Below are positions 23,769-36,669 of a DNA stretch of 64,000 nt, piece after piece. The stretch comes from Octopus sinensis (Eukaryota), in contig NC_043005.1 in the NCBI RefSeq assembly GCF_006345805.1, forward strand, positions 51,956,001-52,020,000, written 5' to 3'. The notes under the pieces are model-generated. The model was not told where the DNA came from. It saw only the letters and a program-made list of their open reading frames with translations, and did no database searches. The stretch's first letter is position 1, and every line of letters begins with the position of its first letter. The translations under genes and the position numbers were made by a program.

Positions 23769-26345
23769 CTGTGTGTGAGAGGGCGCACGCGTATGCTTAA
23801 TAGAATATATATTGTAACAATTTAATTATAAATTAGCATATAAATGGATATAATAGATATAATGAAAATAATGATTCAAAATAAAATATGAAAATATTTA
23901 AAAAAATGAAAATAACGAAAAAATATATGAAAAATATTGAAATATTTTGGTGAATGTATACGTTGTTATGACAGCGCTGGAGATGTTTTAAGTCATGGTG
24001 CTTCAATTTTGTGTCCGTAAGATATTTATACAACGGAATTTCTTTGGTAGTCATTGTAAATAGAACCATCCACGTAACCTCTCTGAAATTGAAAATTGTC
24101 AGTGCTTCAATCTCGGGTGACATTCAAGAAATTAATTATGGTTAAGTTCGACATTTGGTGATTTTAGCGTTGAAAGTGCTGGCTGTTTGGATTAAACTTC
24201 TACAATTACTTGACTTGTGTGTGCCCACTTGCGTTTAGAGAAACTAGAGACAGTTAACCCGTCGTCACTTGAAAGTCCAGTCATAGACGAAAGCCTAAAG
24301 AGGAGAACCATGTATTGAAATTGTCAAAGATACACAATCCTCTGTGATAGTAGATATCAGCAAGAAATATTAATACTATGAAATTCAACACTATCAAATT
24401 TCACACTGTAGATATTTATCTGTCGATCATTAATAGATTTTTATGTAAGAGATAACGATTCACTAGAATTTACAACCAGAAACGAAAATTACATAGAATT
24501 TATAATTCACAACATGAGAGACTCAAAAAGCATATATTTTATCAAGGACTCTACTAAGCTCAAGAGATGTAAGTGGACAGATGTTGCTTTGATATAAACA
24601 AAGGATCGTTACTTATTTTGACAGAATAACGAAATAGTCTACATCATTGAACTTAAAACGTGTAAAAAATTTAATAAGGGCTCAGTGATTTCATGTAAAC
24701 TCTTCTTTAATTTGTCTTTAATGATATATGAAGATATTATTCGGTCTCAGATAAAGCAAAATATTTACTCATTCTGACTAAACTCTGCATCAAATATTTG
24801 AGTTGATAAAACTGATACGTTCAAACGAGCTTTGCCATTTCCTGTTTTCCATTTTTGTTTTGCTCTTCAGACATAGATATCAATATATACCCCTTTAAGG
24901 TTTGCTTTCGTTTTAATATTCACTATCCGTATCTATAACATCTATAGCACAGATTTCACTGTTACAATAAAAGCATAAGCTTTTATTCAACTCTTGTTGG
25001 AAAATTTCCAGTTCATGCCTACACCATTATGTTACTCTAATTCTTCACTTAATTATTATCTCTGATATCAACGGATCTTCCTTTGTTTTAACCAAATTGC
25101 AAACAGACAGGTTTAATAAGACTCCTCTCTTCAATGTCTCCTAAAATTCTATTGACTTTCTTCTAACAAATTATGCAGTCTTAAAATCAGAAAGACTATG
25201 GCGATGATTGCATGTATATATTGCTTTCTTGCCAGTTTCTAATTTCTCATAAACCTACTCACTTTACTACAAGTGTCGAAATATTGAGTCACTCTAGGCA
25301 GTTACAAACAAGATAAAAGTAACAAATTATGTAGTAGTTACAACTATTTACTCAAACAAAACATTACCATTTCTTAAATAGGCACAATGCCAAATTCAGG
25401 TCAGGATGTATAGTAACCAATTTCTTTCACCACAGTATCAAACTGACATTATTTTATTGTACTTGAACGTATGCCTTCGAAATTTTATCTGGCACGTTTT
25501 GTATTGTTATCATAAAAGCACTATGAAGATAAAATATAGTACCCCAACGGCTCTTTCAGTGTATCGATGTACAATGCTTGCTGATTCATACAGACAAAAT
25601 ACAAGCAATGCTTTTTGACTAATTCTTTACCACGTATCTTATTCTGAACATATATAAATAAGTCTCAAACTTTGTTGTATCAGGAAATTAACACTGAACT
25701 AACAACTAAATTCACAATTCAATGTATCAGATGAACACACTATTAAAAAAGTACATAATAATATTTCGGTTCCTTTCATTTTCTTTCTTTCAAAATTGCG
25801 AGTACGTTTAGCTGGGAAAATGGTATTTACTCGTGTGTTATGCGAAAAATTTTATATTAAACGAGTCTAGTTTAGTGGAGGGCAGAACTACCCTTGGACA
25901 GATCCTGTACATGTAAACCTTCTCAAGCACTCTCTATACGACATGGGAAGGCCTGTACTATCCGCTACGGCTATTATATAGATTACTGAAACTTCAGCTA
26001 TCATGACTAGGCTTGGGATGACTATCGTTGACTTCTCCAGGCAAGTGAGATTTGATATTCCATAAAGCATCTCTACCGACGTGCCAACGATTTTGCAACT
26101 CACATCCGCTGAGGAAGATGAAATGAAGTGATTTGCTCCATAACATAACGCGCCACCTAGTCAAGGAATAGAACTCATGATCTAGCAATCGAGAGAACGG
26201 TACGATGGCATTTTACTTGAATGTAAAGAATAGATAAAAGGACAAAATATATTGCTGAAATTTGGGGCACATTCTGGGGCTCTCGTTATATTGCAGAGCA
26301 CAATGCACAGGAGCAAATACCTTTAAGTTTTATTATATCAAGTGA

Positions 26346-26662
26346 GGGCGCGTGGCTTAGTGGTTAGGGCATTCGGCTCATGATCGTAAGGTTGTGAGTT
26401 CGATTCCCGGCGACGCGTTGTGTCCTTGAGCAAGACACTTTATTTCACGTTGCTCCAGTCCACTCAGCTGGCAAAAATGAGTTGTACTTGTATTTCAAAG
26501 GGTCAGCCTTGTCACTCTGTGTCACGCTGATTATCCCCGAGAACTACGTTAAGGGTACACGTGTCTGTGGAATGCTCAGCCATTTGCACGTTAATTTCAC
26601 GAGCAAGCTGTTCCGTTGATCGTATCAGCTGGGACCCTCGTCGTCGTAACCGGCGGAGTCTT
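26346..26662 (+). mobile_element. tRNA-headed SINE family 'C', full length (V/CORE-like central segment)
   Basis: A box TGGCTTAGTGG, B box GTTCGATTCC, then ttgtgtccttgagcaagacactt; another copy at 29793-30488 (-). Confidence 0.9.
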
Positions 26663-27249
26663 TAAGTCTTTATAATATCAAGAACCATACAAGCCAAATA
26701 CACAGAAAAAAAAATGACATGAACATCATACAATAATATTTTTCTTGGTCTTCAAATTGAAGTCTTGTTCACAACTAAATACAATGGTTTCTTTCATTGA
26801 AACAAAGTGACAAATTCCATTCTTATTTCTTTCGGTGCACGAATCATACTAATTTTAACAATCTCCAACGTACTGAACGCTAATGTTGATTCTGACAGGA
26901 TTTCATCTTGATTGTTCTGACTTACTTTCATCCTTCTGTGTGTGCAGATTTGACATTACACATAGTCACGTATGCATTGCCATAAAATTTTATAAAATAC
27001 AAGACAGATCAAGAAATAAAATGATAAAGAAGCATGTGTACCTCAATGGATTTAAGTGCCAAGTGCTTATTCAATAATTTTGCCACTCTCTCGGTCGCCA
27101 TACTAGGTTCCATTGGTAAGCATTGCAAGATAACCGGTACTATTTTGATTGAAGATTTATTGCCAGAGTATCTTACTCCTAGGCGAGCTGCCTTCTGCAC
27201 GACTTTTTGAAAAGCAAGGGGAGCCTTCTCTATCAGTGGGAAATCTGCT

Positions 27250-27378
27250 TAACCCATAGATGGGACGCTGACAGGTACTGCAGTTCCCGGTCAGAACAGA
27301 CTTGAGAGTAATGGCAATTAAGTGGTCACTCCACGCTCTCCACAACACCAGAACTCCTGAACAGGAGCCTCACCACCG

Positions 27379-27380
<2 letters not shown>
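27250..27380 (+). repeat. Interspersed repeat fragment (retroposon-like, unclassified)
   Basis: gatgggacgctgacaggtact...gagcctcaccaccga resembles a cephalopod repeat as recalled; single copy here. Confidence 0.3.
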
Positions 27381-27413
<33 letters not shown>

Positions 27414-27430
27414 CACACACACACACACAC

Positions 27431-27476
<46 letters not shown>

Positions 27477-28489
27477 CATATTTGTTTGTAAATTACCTCA
27501 AATGCTAACGGATTATATGTAATTTCTGAACATTGTCATGTTCCTTCACTCCACCTCCTCTCTCCTTTCAGCTCTCTTTCTCTCTACTTCACTCTCTCTT
27601 TATCACTATCTTTCTTTTCAGTATAGTAACTTACAAGCAGTATCTTAAACTGAACTCATCATAAATTGATATGGAGTGTGTGTGTGTGGGGGTGAGGGTG
27701 GCTTCTAGAATGTTGCCAAAACACTTTCAATGAATCAACAATAATACCAATCTCATACCGCCAGTTCACATACACATACATATACCGTACCTTATGTTTT
27801 TCTACCCACCTCTCCACCAAAAAAAGTTTGCTACAAAACCAAACTAAAATGAAGGACAACAACGAAATTGTCTAGCAAAAAGTCAAATGAGAATATTTTA
27901 CAATGTTCAAATCATAAAATTAATTTAGATTAGCCATATTTTGACATTTTGATGTTGTTATAAAAACGCTTGATGTATTTTTATGAGAAATTGTATGAAA
28001 TGATTGTAGTGATTATGGAAACAAGAGTCGTATATTTGAAGTGAAACTATTTTCAGATAAATTCCTCTAACAAATGGAATTGGTATTAAGTATGATTATG
28101 GTTTTACGCTGTGAATTCTTCTGTTTATTTGGAATGAATTACAAAGGTGACAGTTATTAATTGCAAATGAATTATGGTAGCGATATTGAAAATGGCGGCG
28201 ATCATGATGATTTTAAATAATGAATTTTAAAGTCTGCTTCGCACACGGCAGCCAATTAAAGGTGTGGGAGAATAAGAGATTACATGGACCGTCTCCTTTA
28301 TTACTTTACAAGTAGCGTTTTTTCTTTCTTTTTCTTAATCAAACCCAGGAGGAATGAAAAATAATTTTGAACACTGCACAGAGTCCGGTCTAGGGACCTA
28401 AAGGGACTCGACTTCCCCACAGTAACATTTACACTCTGGGTTCTGCTCTAGGAATTCTGTGTCAGACTACTCTTTTCATTTAAATAATA

Positions 28490-28865
28490 TTCGGTTTCAA
28501 ATTTTGGCAAAAGACCAGCGTTTCCGAGGAGGGGTGTGGAATTAATTACATCGACACCGGTGCTCGACAGGTACTTATTTTTATCGACCCAGAAAGGATG
28601 AAAGGCAAATTGGATTTCGACGGAATTTGAAATCGGAACGTACTGACGAACGAAATGTCGCTAATCATTTTTTCCGGCGTGCTAACTATTCTACCAGGTT
28701 GCCGTCTTAGTAGTAGTAAAAGTGGTGGCGGTGGTAGTGGTGGTAGTGGTGGTGGGGTGGTGGTGGTGGTGGTGGTAGTGGTGGTAGTGGTGCTGGTGGT
28801 GATGATGGTGGTGGTAGTGGTGGTGGTGGTGGTGGTAGTGGTGTTGGTGGTGGTGGTAATGAGGG

Positions 28866-28904
<39 letters not shown>

Positions 28905-29095
28905 CTCTCTACTATAGGCACAATGCCCGGGATTTGCGAGGAGCGGGTAAGTCGATGACATCGACCCCAGTACTTGACTGATACTTAATTTATCGACCCC
29001 GAAAGGATGAAAGGCAAAGTGGACTTAGGCAGAATTTGAACACGGAGTGTGAAGACAGACAGTATGCTGCTAATCATTTTGTCCGGCGCGCTAAC
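28490..29095 (-). mobile_element. Two SINE B copies (28490-28710, 28905-29095) separated by (GGT)n(AGT)n
   Basis: Both carry ttatcgaccc..aaaggatgaaaggcaaa and the head ccggcg[t/c]gctaac. Confidence 0.85.
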
Positions 29096-29792
29096 TATTA
29101 GTAGTAATTTCCTTTATTAGATACAGGGACATAGATGACAGTGACATCACTAGGACAAACAAGAAATTGCGTGGGGATTTACATAAATGATAGGGAGAAA
29201 GAAATGGAAAAGACGGTGATAAGCGATAAAAGTATACGTAACACACAAACTCTGTGATAATATGAGTAATAAAGTCCTCCTGATAGAGGAGCAGCCCCAG
29301 CAAGTGCGAATCATGAAACACCACCGATCCAGGATTACTCTGACGGCGAAGATACGAACCCTCTCTTAGGCTCTCCAATCTACATGTACATACGTAGAGT
29401 AGGGCCATTCGGTCTAACAATTTTTGCGACAGTCAACTATCTTTTCACAAATTCATTGGGAAGTAGTTCTCTCTTCGTCCTCACTTGTTATTGGAGCAAG
29501 AGGATGCGTACCAACCCGCCTTGAGTAAATCATGACTGAACGTGGGTTCATGGGGAGACAATGTGACTCCTTAATTCATTATACTACAACTGATCACGAT
29601 ATCTGGGATTACAAAAATCTGTAAAACTTTCTTAAGATGTAAAGGATGATGAATAAACTAAGATGCTTGCCTTCACAATTTTACTACCAAGTAGGTGGCC
29701 AGTTGAAATTAGTTCTAAATAATAAAAAAAATGCATTCATACAATCTATAAGCAAGTATTTTCAGGCAAGAAAGAGATACTAAAAAAAGGAG

Positions 29793-30488
29793 GAGCACTT
29801 CGTCAGTTACGACGACGAGGGTCCCAGATGATACAATCAACGGAACAGCCTACTCGTGAAATTAACATGCGAGTAACTGAGCAACCCTATTTCTTTACTA
29901 CCAACAAGGGGCTAAACACAGAGGGGACAAACAAGGACAGACAAACGGATTAAGTCGATTACATCGACCCCAGTGCGTAACTGGTGCTTAATTTATCGAC
30001 CCCGAAAGGATGAAAGGCAAAGTCGACCTCGGCGGAATTTGAACTCTGAACGTAGCGGCAGAAGAAATACCTATTTCTTTACTACCCAGAAGGCGCTAAA
30101 CACAGAGGGGACAAACAAGGATAGACAAACGGATTAAGTCTATTACATCTACCCCGGTGTACTTAATTTATCGACCGCGAAAGGATGAAAGGCAAAGTCG
30201 ACCTCGGCGGAATTTGAACTCAGAACGTAGCGACAGACGAACTACTGCTGAGCATTTCGCCCGGCGTGCTAACGATTCTGCCAGCTCGCCGCCTTATTCT
30301 AGACACGCGTAACCCTAACGTAGTTCTCAAGGAGATTCAGCGTGACACAGAGTGTGACAATGCCGGCTCTTTGAAATACAGGTACAACTCATTTATGCTA
30401 GCTGAGTGGACTGGAGCAACGTGGAATAAAGTGTGAAATAAACAACGCGTTGCCGGGAATCGAACACACGATCTTACGATCATGAGCC
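29793..30488 (-). mobile_element. SINE C copy split by a nested SINE B dimer
   Basis: 29793-29883 and 30296-30488 are consecutive parts of the reverse complement of 26346-26662. Confidence 0.9.
29885..30295 (-). mobile_element. Head-to-tail SINE B dimer (one full copy + one lacking the A-box head)
   Basis: Two near-identical ~180-bp units joined at gaaatac|ctatttc. Confidence 0.92.
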
Positions 30489-31074
30489 TTCACGAAGAAA
30501 AAGATACTAATTAATGTGTAATTTACAAATACAATCTGTAAGTAGAACCGTAAAAATATGCAATATTTCAAAAATTTCTAGTTATCCAAATTCCTATGAT
30601 GGAGATTTATTTCTTTGTTAGAAATCAACTATTTCCTTCTAGGGAGAATTCTTATAAGTATCCACACACGCATACACACAGCTACATACATACAGATATA
30701 CATTCAGAAATTCATAAATATATATACTCGGAAGAATTACCGGCATTGTAATGTTAAACGCCTTTAAAAGGGGTCGCTGCTACAACCATAGAAATGCCAA
30801 TAAATGCGCAATGTCTTGAATTTTTTCATACGTTACTTGGTTCACAGACGGACCCACGCCTCATACACAAGCGTTTTTACAACGCCGACACTCAGGCAAA
30901 TTTATGTTATTTTCGTACACACACACACACACACATACACAAACACACGCTCATTCACTCACGCACACACACGCATACACACACACACGTATATAGTGTA
31001 CATATATGTGTGTGTGTGTGCGTTTGTGTGTGCGCGTGCATATATGGATATACAAACCCAAATATATACATACA

Positions 31075-31122
<48 letters not shown>

Positions 31123-31352
31123 TGTATGTATATATTTGGTGGTGGTGGTGGTGGTGGTGGTGGTGGTGGTGGTGGTGGTAGTGGTGCTGGTGGTGCTGGT
31201 GGTGATGATGGTGGTGGTAGTGGTGGTCGTGGTCGTGGTCATGGTGAGGGGTAGTAGTAGTAGTAGTCCTTTCTACTATAGGCACAATGCCCGGAATTTG
31301 CGAGGAGCGGGTAAGTCGATGACATCGACCCCAGTATATATATAATATATAT

Positions 31353-31401
<49 letters not shown>

Positions 31402-32477
31402 TATAATATATATATATGTATATATATATAGATAGATAGATAGATACATACATACATAGATGGACAAACACATATATATGTACACACACACTCATAATGT
31501 ATATATCCATACATGACATGACTATATGTGAGTACAGGTATATGTGAGTACAGGTATGTGAGTACAGGTACTTAGAAAAGTAACTAAAAAGAACCACAAG
31601 CAGAAACATACCTGCATACATATTGCTATATATATCTATAGCGACCTTCCGTCGGTTCTCGACGATGATCTTTGGTTTTGACAAATGCATTTTAACAAAA
31701 GTATGTATTAGGTCAAAATGCATACTTTTGACCAAAGTTTGCATTTTGATCAAATGCAAACTATGCATTTGGTCAAATGCACACTTTGACCAAATCAAAG
31801 TATGCATTTTGTTTGGTCAACTGAAATGCATGCTCTTCATGTGTGACAGTATTCTACAATCATAGGTACTTTAAGCGTTATTCACTTTCAAAATCAACAT
31901 GTCACAATTTGTTACAAAGTCGGACATTTGAATCAAAAATATTACAAATGCAATTCATCCCATGGGCTTCCAGACGCTTTCCGTTTCTATGCTTTGATGC
32001 AGAGCATTTTAGTCTACTCGAGGGTATACAGAAACTAACCTTAGCCAAGCTACTACCCTGTGAGTTCGAACGCGAGATCTCATAACCGCGTAGCGAGTTT
32101 CTTAACCGTTCGTTCATGTCAGTATCCAGATGCGTGTATCATAAACGCATACATTATGTCCGTGCGTATGTAGGTGTGCCTGTGTGTATATATGTATATA
32201 TACACATATGCATGTGTATATATACATATACACTAAACACACATGTGTAAACATACTTAGACACACATACAGAACGACACAGGCAGATACATGGATATAT
32301 ACATATAAGCATACACAAACACATCTATGTGTGTATGTTTGTGTGTGTGAGTGTTTGTGTGTGTTTGTGTGCGTGTGAATATGTACGTTTTGTATCTTGG
32401 TACGTCCACGCATTCGAACAATATTTCTCTACTCTTGCAGCCCCCGAACGACTACGTGTATTATATAGACATATATA

Positions 32478-32568
<91 letters not shown>

Positions 32569-32669
32569 GTTTGTGTGTGTGTGTGTGTGTGTGTGTGTTT
32601 GTATGTATGTATGTAATATATATATATATGTGTGTGTGTGTGTGGGTTGTATGTATGTATGTATGTATG

Positions 32670-32710
<41 letters not shown>

Positions 32711-33209
32711 CATTCACTCACCCTCTGTTTCATAATATGCAAATGATATCTGCAGAGCGAATACTTTTTTCTCCTTGCCCTCCAATACAATAATAGCCCA
32801 ATAACAAAAGAAACGTTTCAACTGAGGAAAAATATAATAAAAATTGGACTAAAAAAAATGTGATATTCCGTAGCCTCAAGGGAGCTGTTCTTTTATTATA
32901 TATAGTTGTGTGTGGTTGTAAGTGAGTCAGTGTGTGCTTACGTGTTTTAGTCTCTCATTTTTCTTTCTATTACATTGAACTAAATTGCTAACTAAATTAT
33001 ATTTTTGCATAGGGTTCCCTGCAAATCTATATCTTGAAGAAAGATCCACTCTAAGAGAACTGAAGAAAGCTGTCTTCGTAATACAGTGCATCTGGAGCTA
33101 TATACCTTTTTCTATGTAAAATACGGTGCATTTATCAATATGTACTATAATTTGTCTGTGCTTTTTAAGTTTCAGTCCGTCCATAAAATCTGATTGTATG
33201 TTTTTGTCC

Positions 33210-33259
<50 letters not shown>

Positions 33260-33323
33260 AAGATAGGTACATAGATAGATTATATATAAGTGGACAATAT
33301 ATATATTAAATTTCTTTACTATA

Positions 33324-33730
33324 GGCGTAGGAGTGGCTGTGGTGGTAAGTAGCTGTTTACTAACCACATGGTTTCGGATTCAGTCCCACTGTGTGGCACC
33401 TTGGGCAAGTGTCTTCTACTATAGCCTCGGGTGACCAAACCCTTGTGAGTGGATTTGGTAGACGGAAACTGAAAGAAGCCTGTGGTATATATGTATATAT
33501 ATATATGTGTGTGTATATGTTTGTATGTCTGTGTTTGTCCCCCCACCATCGCTTGACAACCAATGTGTTACGTCCCCGTAACTTAGCGGTTCGGCACAAG
33601 AGAACGATAGAATAAGTACTGGGCTTACAAAGAATAAGTCCTGGGGTTGATTTGCTCGACTAAGGGCGGTGGTGCAGCCTGGCCACAGTCAAATGACTGA
33701 AACAAGTAAAAGAGTAAAAAAGTAAAAGAG
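33324..33730 (+). mobile_element. SINE family A, full length
   Basis: Collinear with the reference copy. Confidence 0.93.
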
Positions 33731-33829
33731 TATATTACATACATACGCATATATATATACACACATACAAACATATATATATATATAGGTACATACACAC
33801 ACATATATATATATATATGCATATTTCGG

Positions 33830-34230
33830 TACAGGGCTGTCGTAGAGACTGCGCGTATCCCATCTGTTTCTCTCTTCTATGTTTTTTAATGTCAAAGAGA
33901 ATCTCCTGCGTTCGCTATTTTACCTTCGTCTGGTCTAACGACCCTCCATGTTTGTTTTCGTTCGATTTCCTTGTATATCTCCTCTGTCCTGTTTTTGTTA
34001 CCAGCTTTGACACCCCGCAAATCCCAAATTTTATGTTGGTTTGCGGGAGCATCTGCCATATTGTCGTTCAATGTTGAAAATGAGGGGTAGATGAGCAGAC
34101 GACAACTGATGAAGGGTCGGTTTTTATGTTATTGTCCTGCTTCCCCTGTGTTTCTCTCGTTGTTTATGTATTCAACTCATTTGTTTTCGTATCTCATGTT
34201 GTTTACTGTTTGTGTCGTCCTGTACCCATA
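33830..34230. repeat. T-rich interspersed repeat, possibly Penelope/LTR-like
   Basis: Strand-biased T-rich segment containing ctgatgaaggg; classification is a guess. Confidence 0.3.
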
Positions 34231-34232
34231 TA

Positions 34233-34289
<57 letters not shown>

Positions 34290-34722
34290 AAATGGATAAA
34301 TGAATTATCTTGTTACGGATTATTCAATGATAACCGATATCTGGGGGTAGCAAAAATCACAACAGAAAAAACTCGGTTGAGGTTACGACCATGGGGTCTC
34401 AAACCCGTGCCTTAGTGCGGAAATTTGAAGTTTATATATTTTTATATATACTTTATACCACTGGTATTTGAGTACTCTTTTTTCCACCTTGTTTCACATT
34501 TATGTGTTTACTCCGGTATATATATATATATATATAGTATATATATATATATATATATATGGTGATGGTGGTGAACCTCATAACTACGACATTATGAGCG
34601 GATGAAAACGTCGTTGTCATCATCATCACCATCATCATCATCGTTGTCGTCGTCGTCGTCATCAACAACATTAAGAGCAGCAACAGCAACAATATTGCCT
34701 ATTCTCGCTTAGGGTACGCACA

Positions 34723-35117
34723 TCTTTATATATAAAAGTAAGGTTGTGTGCTGTCTGTCTCCTACGATTTAGATTCCTAGCTACTCCCACATTTTGCGGT
34801 GCAGTTTAACCAAAACTGGGTATCTTATAGTCGTGATTCATATCGAACCCTTCTGGGTATTAGCGCGCGTCTACGATGAGTCTACGATTTAAAAAAGGAT
34901 TTACCATCAATTTTTCCCATTTTTAATGCATTTTTGGCATATATAAGGGAAGTAACTCTCTAAAAATTTAATATTAAATCTCAGAACGTAAAAAGCTACA
35001 GTACCCCTCCCCCTTGTGGTTAGCCATATTGAAATGGCCATTATACTTTACATCTCTAAAAATGCTTATATAGTTATTTCCCTTAGAAACCCGAGCAACT
35101 CCGGGCGATACTGCTAG
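34723..35117 (+). mobile_element. Complete non-autonomous Helitron (395 bp)
   Basis: Sits between A and T; starts TCTTTATATATAAAA, ends with hairpin cccg-agcaactc-cggg then cgatactgCTAG. Confidence 0.9.
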
Positions 35118-35604
35118 TTTAATAATAAATATTGATAGAGCACGAAACGAAATATTGACAAATTTCCGTAGGAAGTTCAATATGGTTTTTCAATATCAGC
35201 ATTAACAAACACAGCTATATTGTTTAAGTTAGCCAGTTGACGCAAGCCTTCTTCAGAGTTTCTCTTTCAGCTATCACTGTTACACAACCAATGTTTTCTT
35301 CCCTTTTAAGTTAATATTTATTTATTTATTTATTACTTTTAACTAAAGGTCTTTATCTACAACTAGCCTTGCCAATCTTCCGATAACTAAAGACAGGTAG
35401 TTCCATCAGTTTCATGGAGTGGTGTGGGGAAAAGGTAGCCTCAAGACAGTTTCTTGAATGAAGTAAGGAAACAACTTTGGTTTGAGAATAAAGGCAACGC
35501 CATACTTTTTCGTTTCGCCTGCTTCCTTCCAATTATTTTAACACATATCATTATCATTATTGCGTTTACGTTGGTCTATCTTCCAGTCAGAAACATTTTG
35601 TTTT

Positions 35605-35699
<95 letters not shown>

Positions 35700-35785
35700 C
35701 ATCTATCTATCTATATAGTGGTCGATCAATATATGTATATAAGTCTGTATGTGAATACATATATATATATATATAATATATGTAT

Positions 35786-36138
35786 TGCGTGGCACCTTGG
35801 GCAAGTGTCTTCTACTGTAGCCTCGGACTGAATAAATCTTTGTGAATGGATTTGGTAGACGGAAACTGAAAGAAGCCTGTTGTATATATATATATATATA
35901 TATGTGCATATGTATATGTTTGTGTGTCTATGTTTGTCTCCTCACCATCGCTTGACAACCGATGTAGGTGTTTTTACGTACCTGTAACTTATCGGTTCGG
36001 CAAAATAGGACCGATAGAATGTGTACTAGGTTTACAAAGAATAAGTATTGGGGTCGATTTGTTCGACTAAAACTGGTGCTCCAGCATGGCCGCAGAGAAA
36101 TTACTGAAACAATTAAAAGAAAAAGGTGAATAAAAGAC
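35786..36138 (+). mobile_element. SINE family A, 5'-truncated
   Basis: Begins at tgcgtggcaccttggg; remainder collinear with the reference copy. Confidence 0.9.
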
Positions 36139-36159
36139 TATATATATATATTTTAAAAT

Positions 36160-36365
36160 GTGACCGCGTGTGTACCGTTGGCGATTTTTTTCCTCTGCCT
36201 TCCTTTCTAAGGATCTTTCCTTCTCCTATGTTTCCGACGAAGAGCTCCGCTCGAAACGTTAAATCTTCCTTCTTTCCTTCTTTCCTGAGCGTCCAATAAT
36301 ACTATATTTGTTCCACGTCCTCGCGTTGTTGTGTTTTTTTTGTGCTTTCTTGTTTGGATTAACTA
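36160..36365 (+). mobile_element. Penelope-type pseudo-LTR-like repeat carrying a minimal hammerhead motif
   Basis: Pyrimidine-rich repeat related to 47370-47585; contains ccgacga-a-gagc-tcc-gctc-gaaac-gtt. Confidence 0.55.
36230..36264 (+). ncRNA. Minimal type I hammerhead ribozyme motif (U4C variant)
   Basis: guuu|CCGACGA|a|GAGC-ucc-GCUC|GAAAC-GU-U|aaau: core, 4-bp stem II, palindromic AACGUU in place of stem III, 4-bp stem I with one G.U. Confidence 0.6.
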
Positions 36366-36624
36366 TATATAGACATATATTATTTTATGTTTCAGCCCTA
36401 TGGCTGTGGCTATGCTGGGATACCACAAGTATTATCACCTTTTAAGTGGCCAATCTTGATGGAGGATGTTTAACACTGCTAGCCTGTTTTGAGTTTCCTT
36501 GATATTGATTCATCTGGGACCTTGGATAGCAACATATTAAGTTGTTTCTTAAAACATATACTCCCTCTCTATGGAGATCCCTCAGATGTGTATATGTGTG
36601 TGTGTGTGGTGTGTGTGCGTGTAT

Positions 36625-36661
<37 letters not shown>

Positions 36662-36669
<8 letters not shown>

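Noticed and set aside
26346-26420. tRNA gene
   Set aside because: A and B boxes are present but no complete cloverleaf forms, and it continues into a repeated SINE body.
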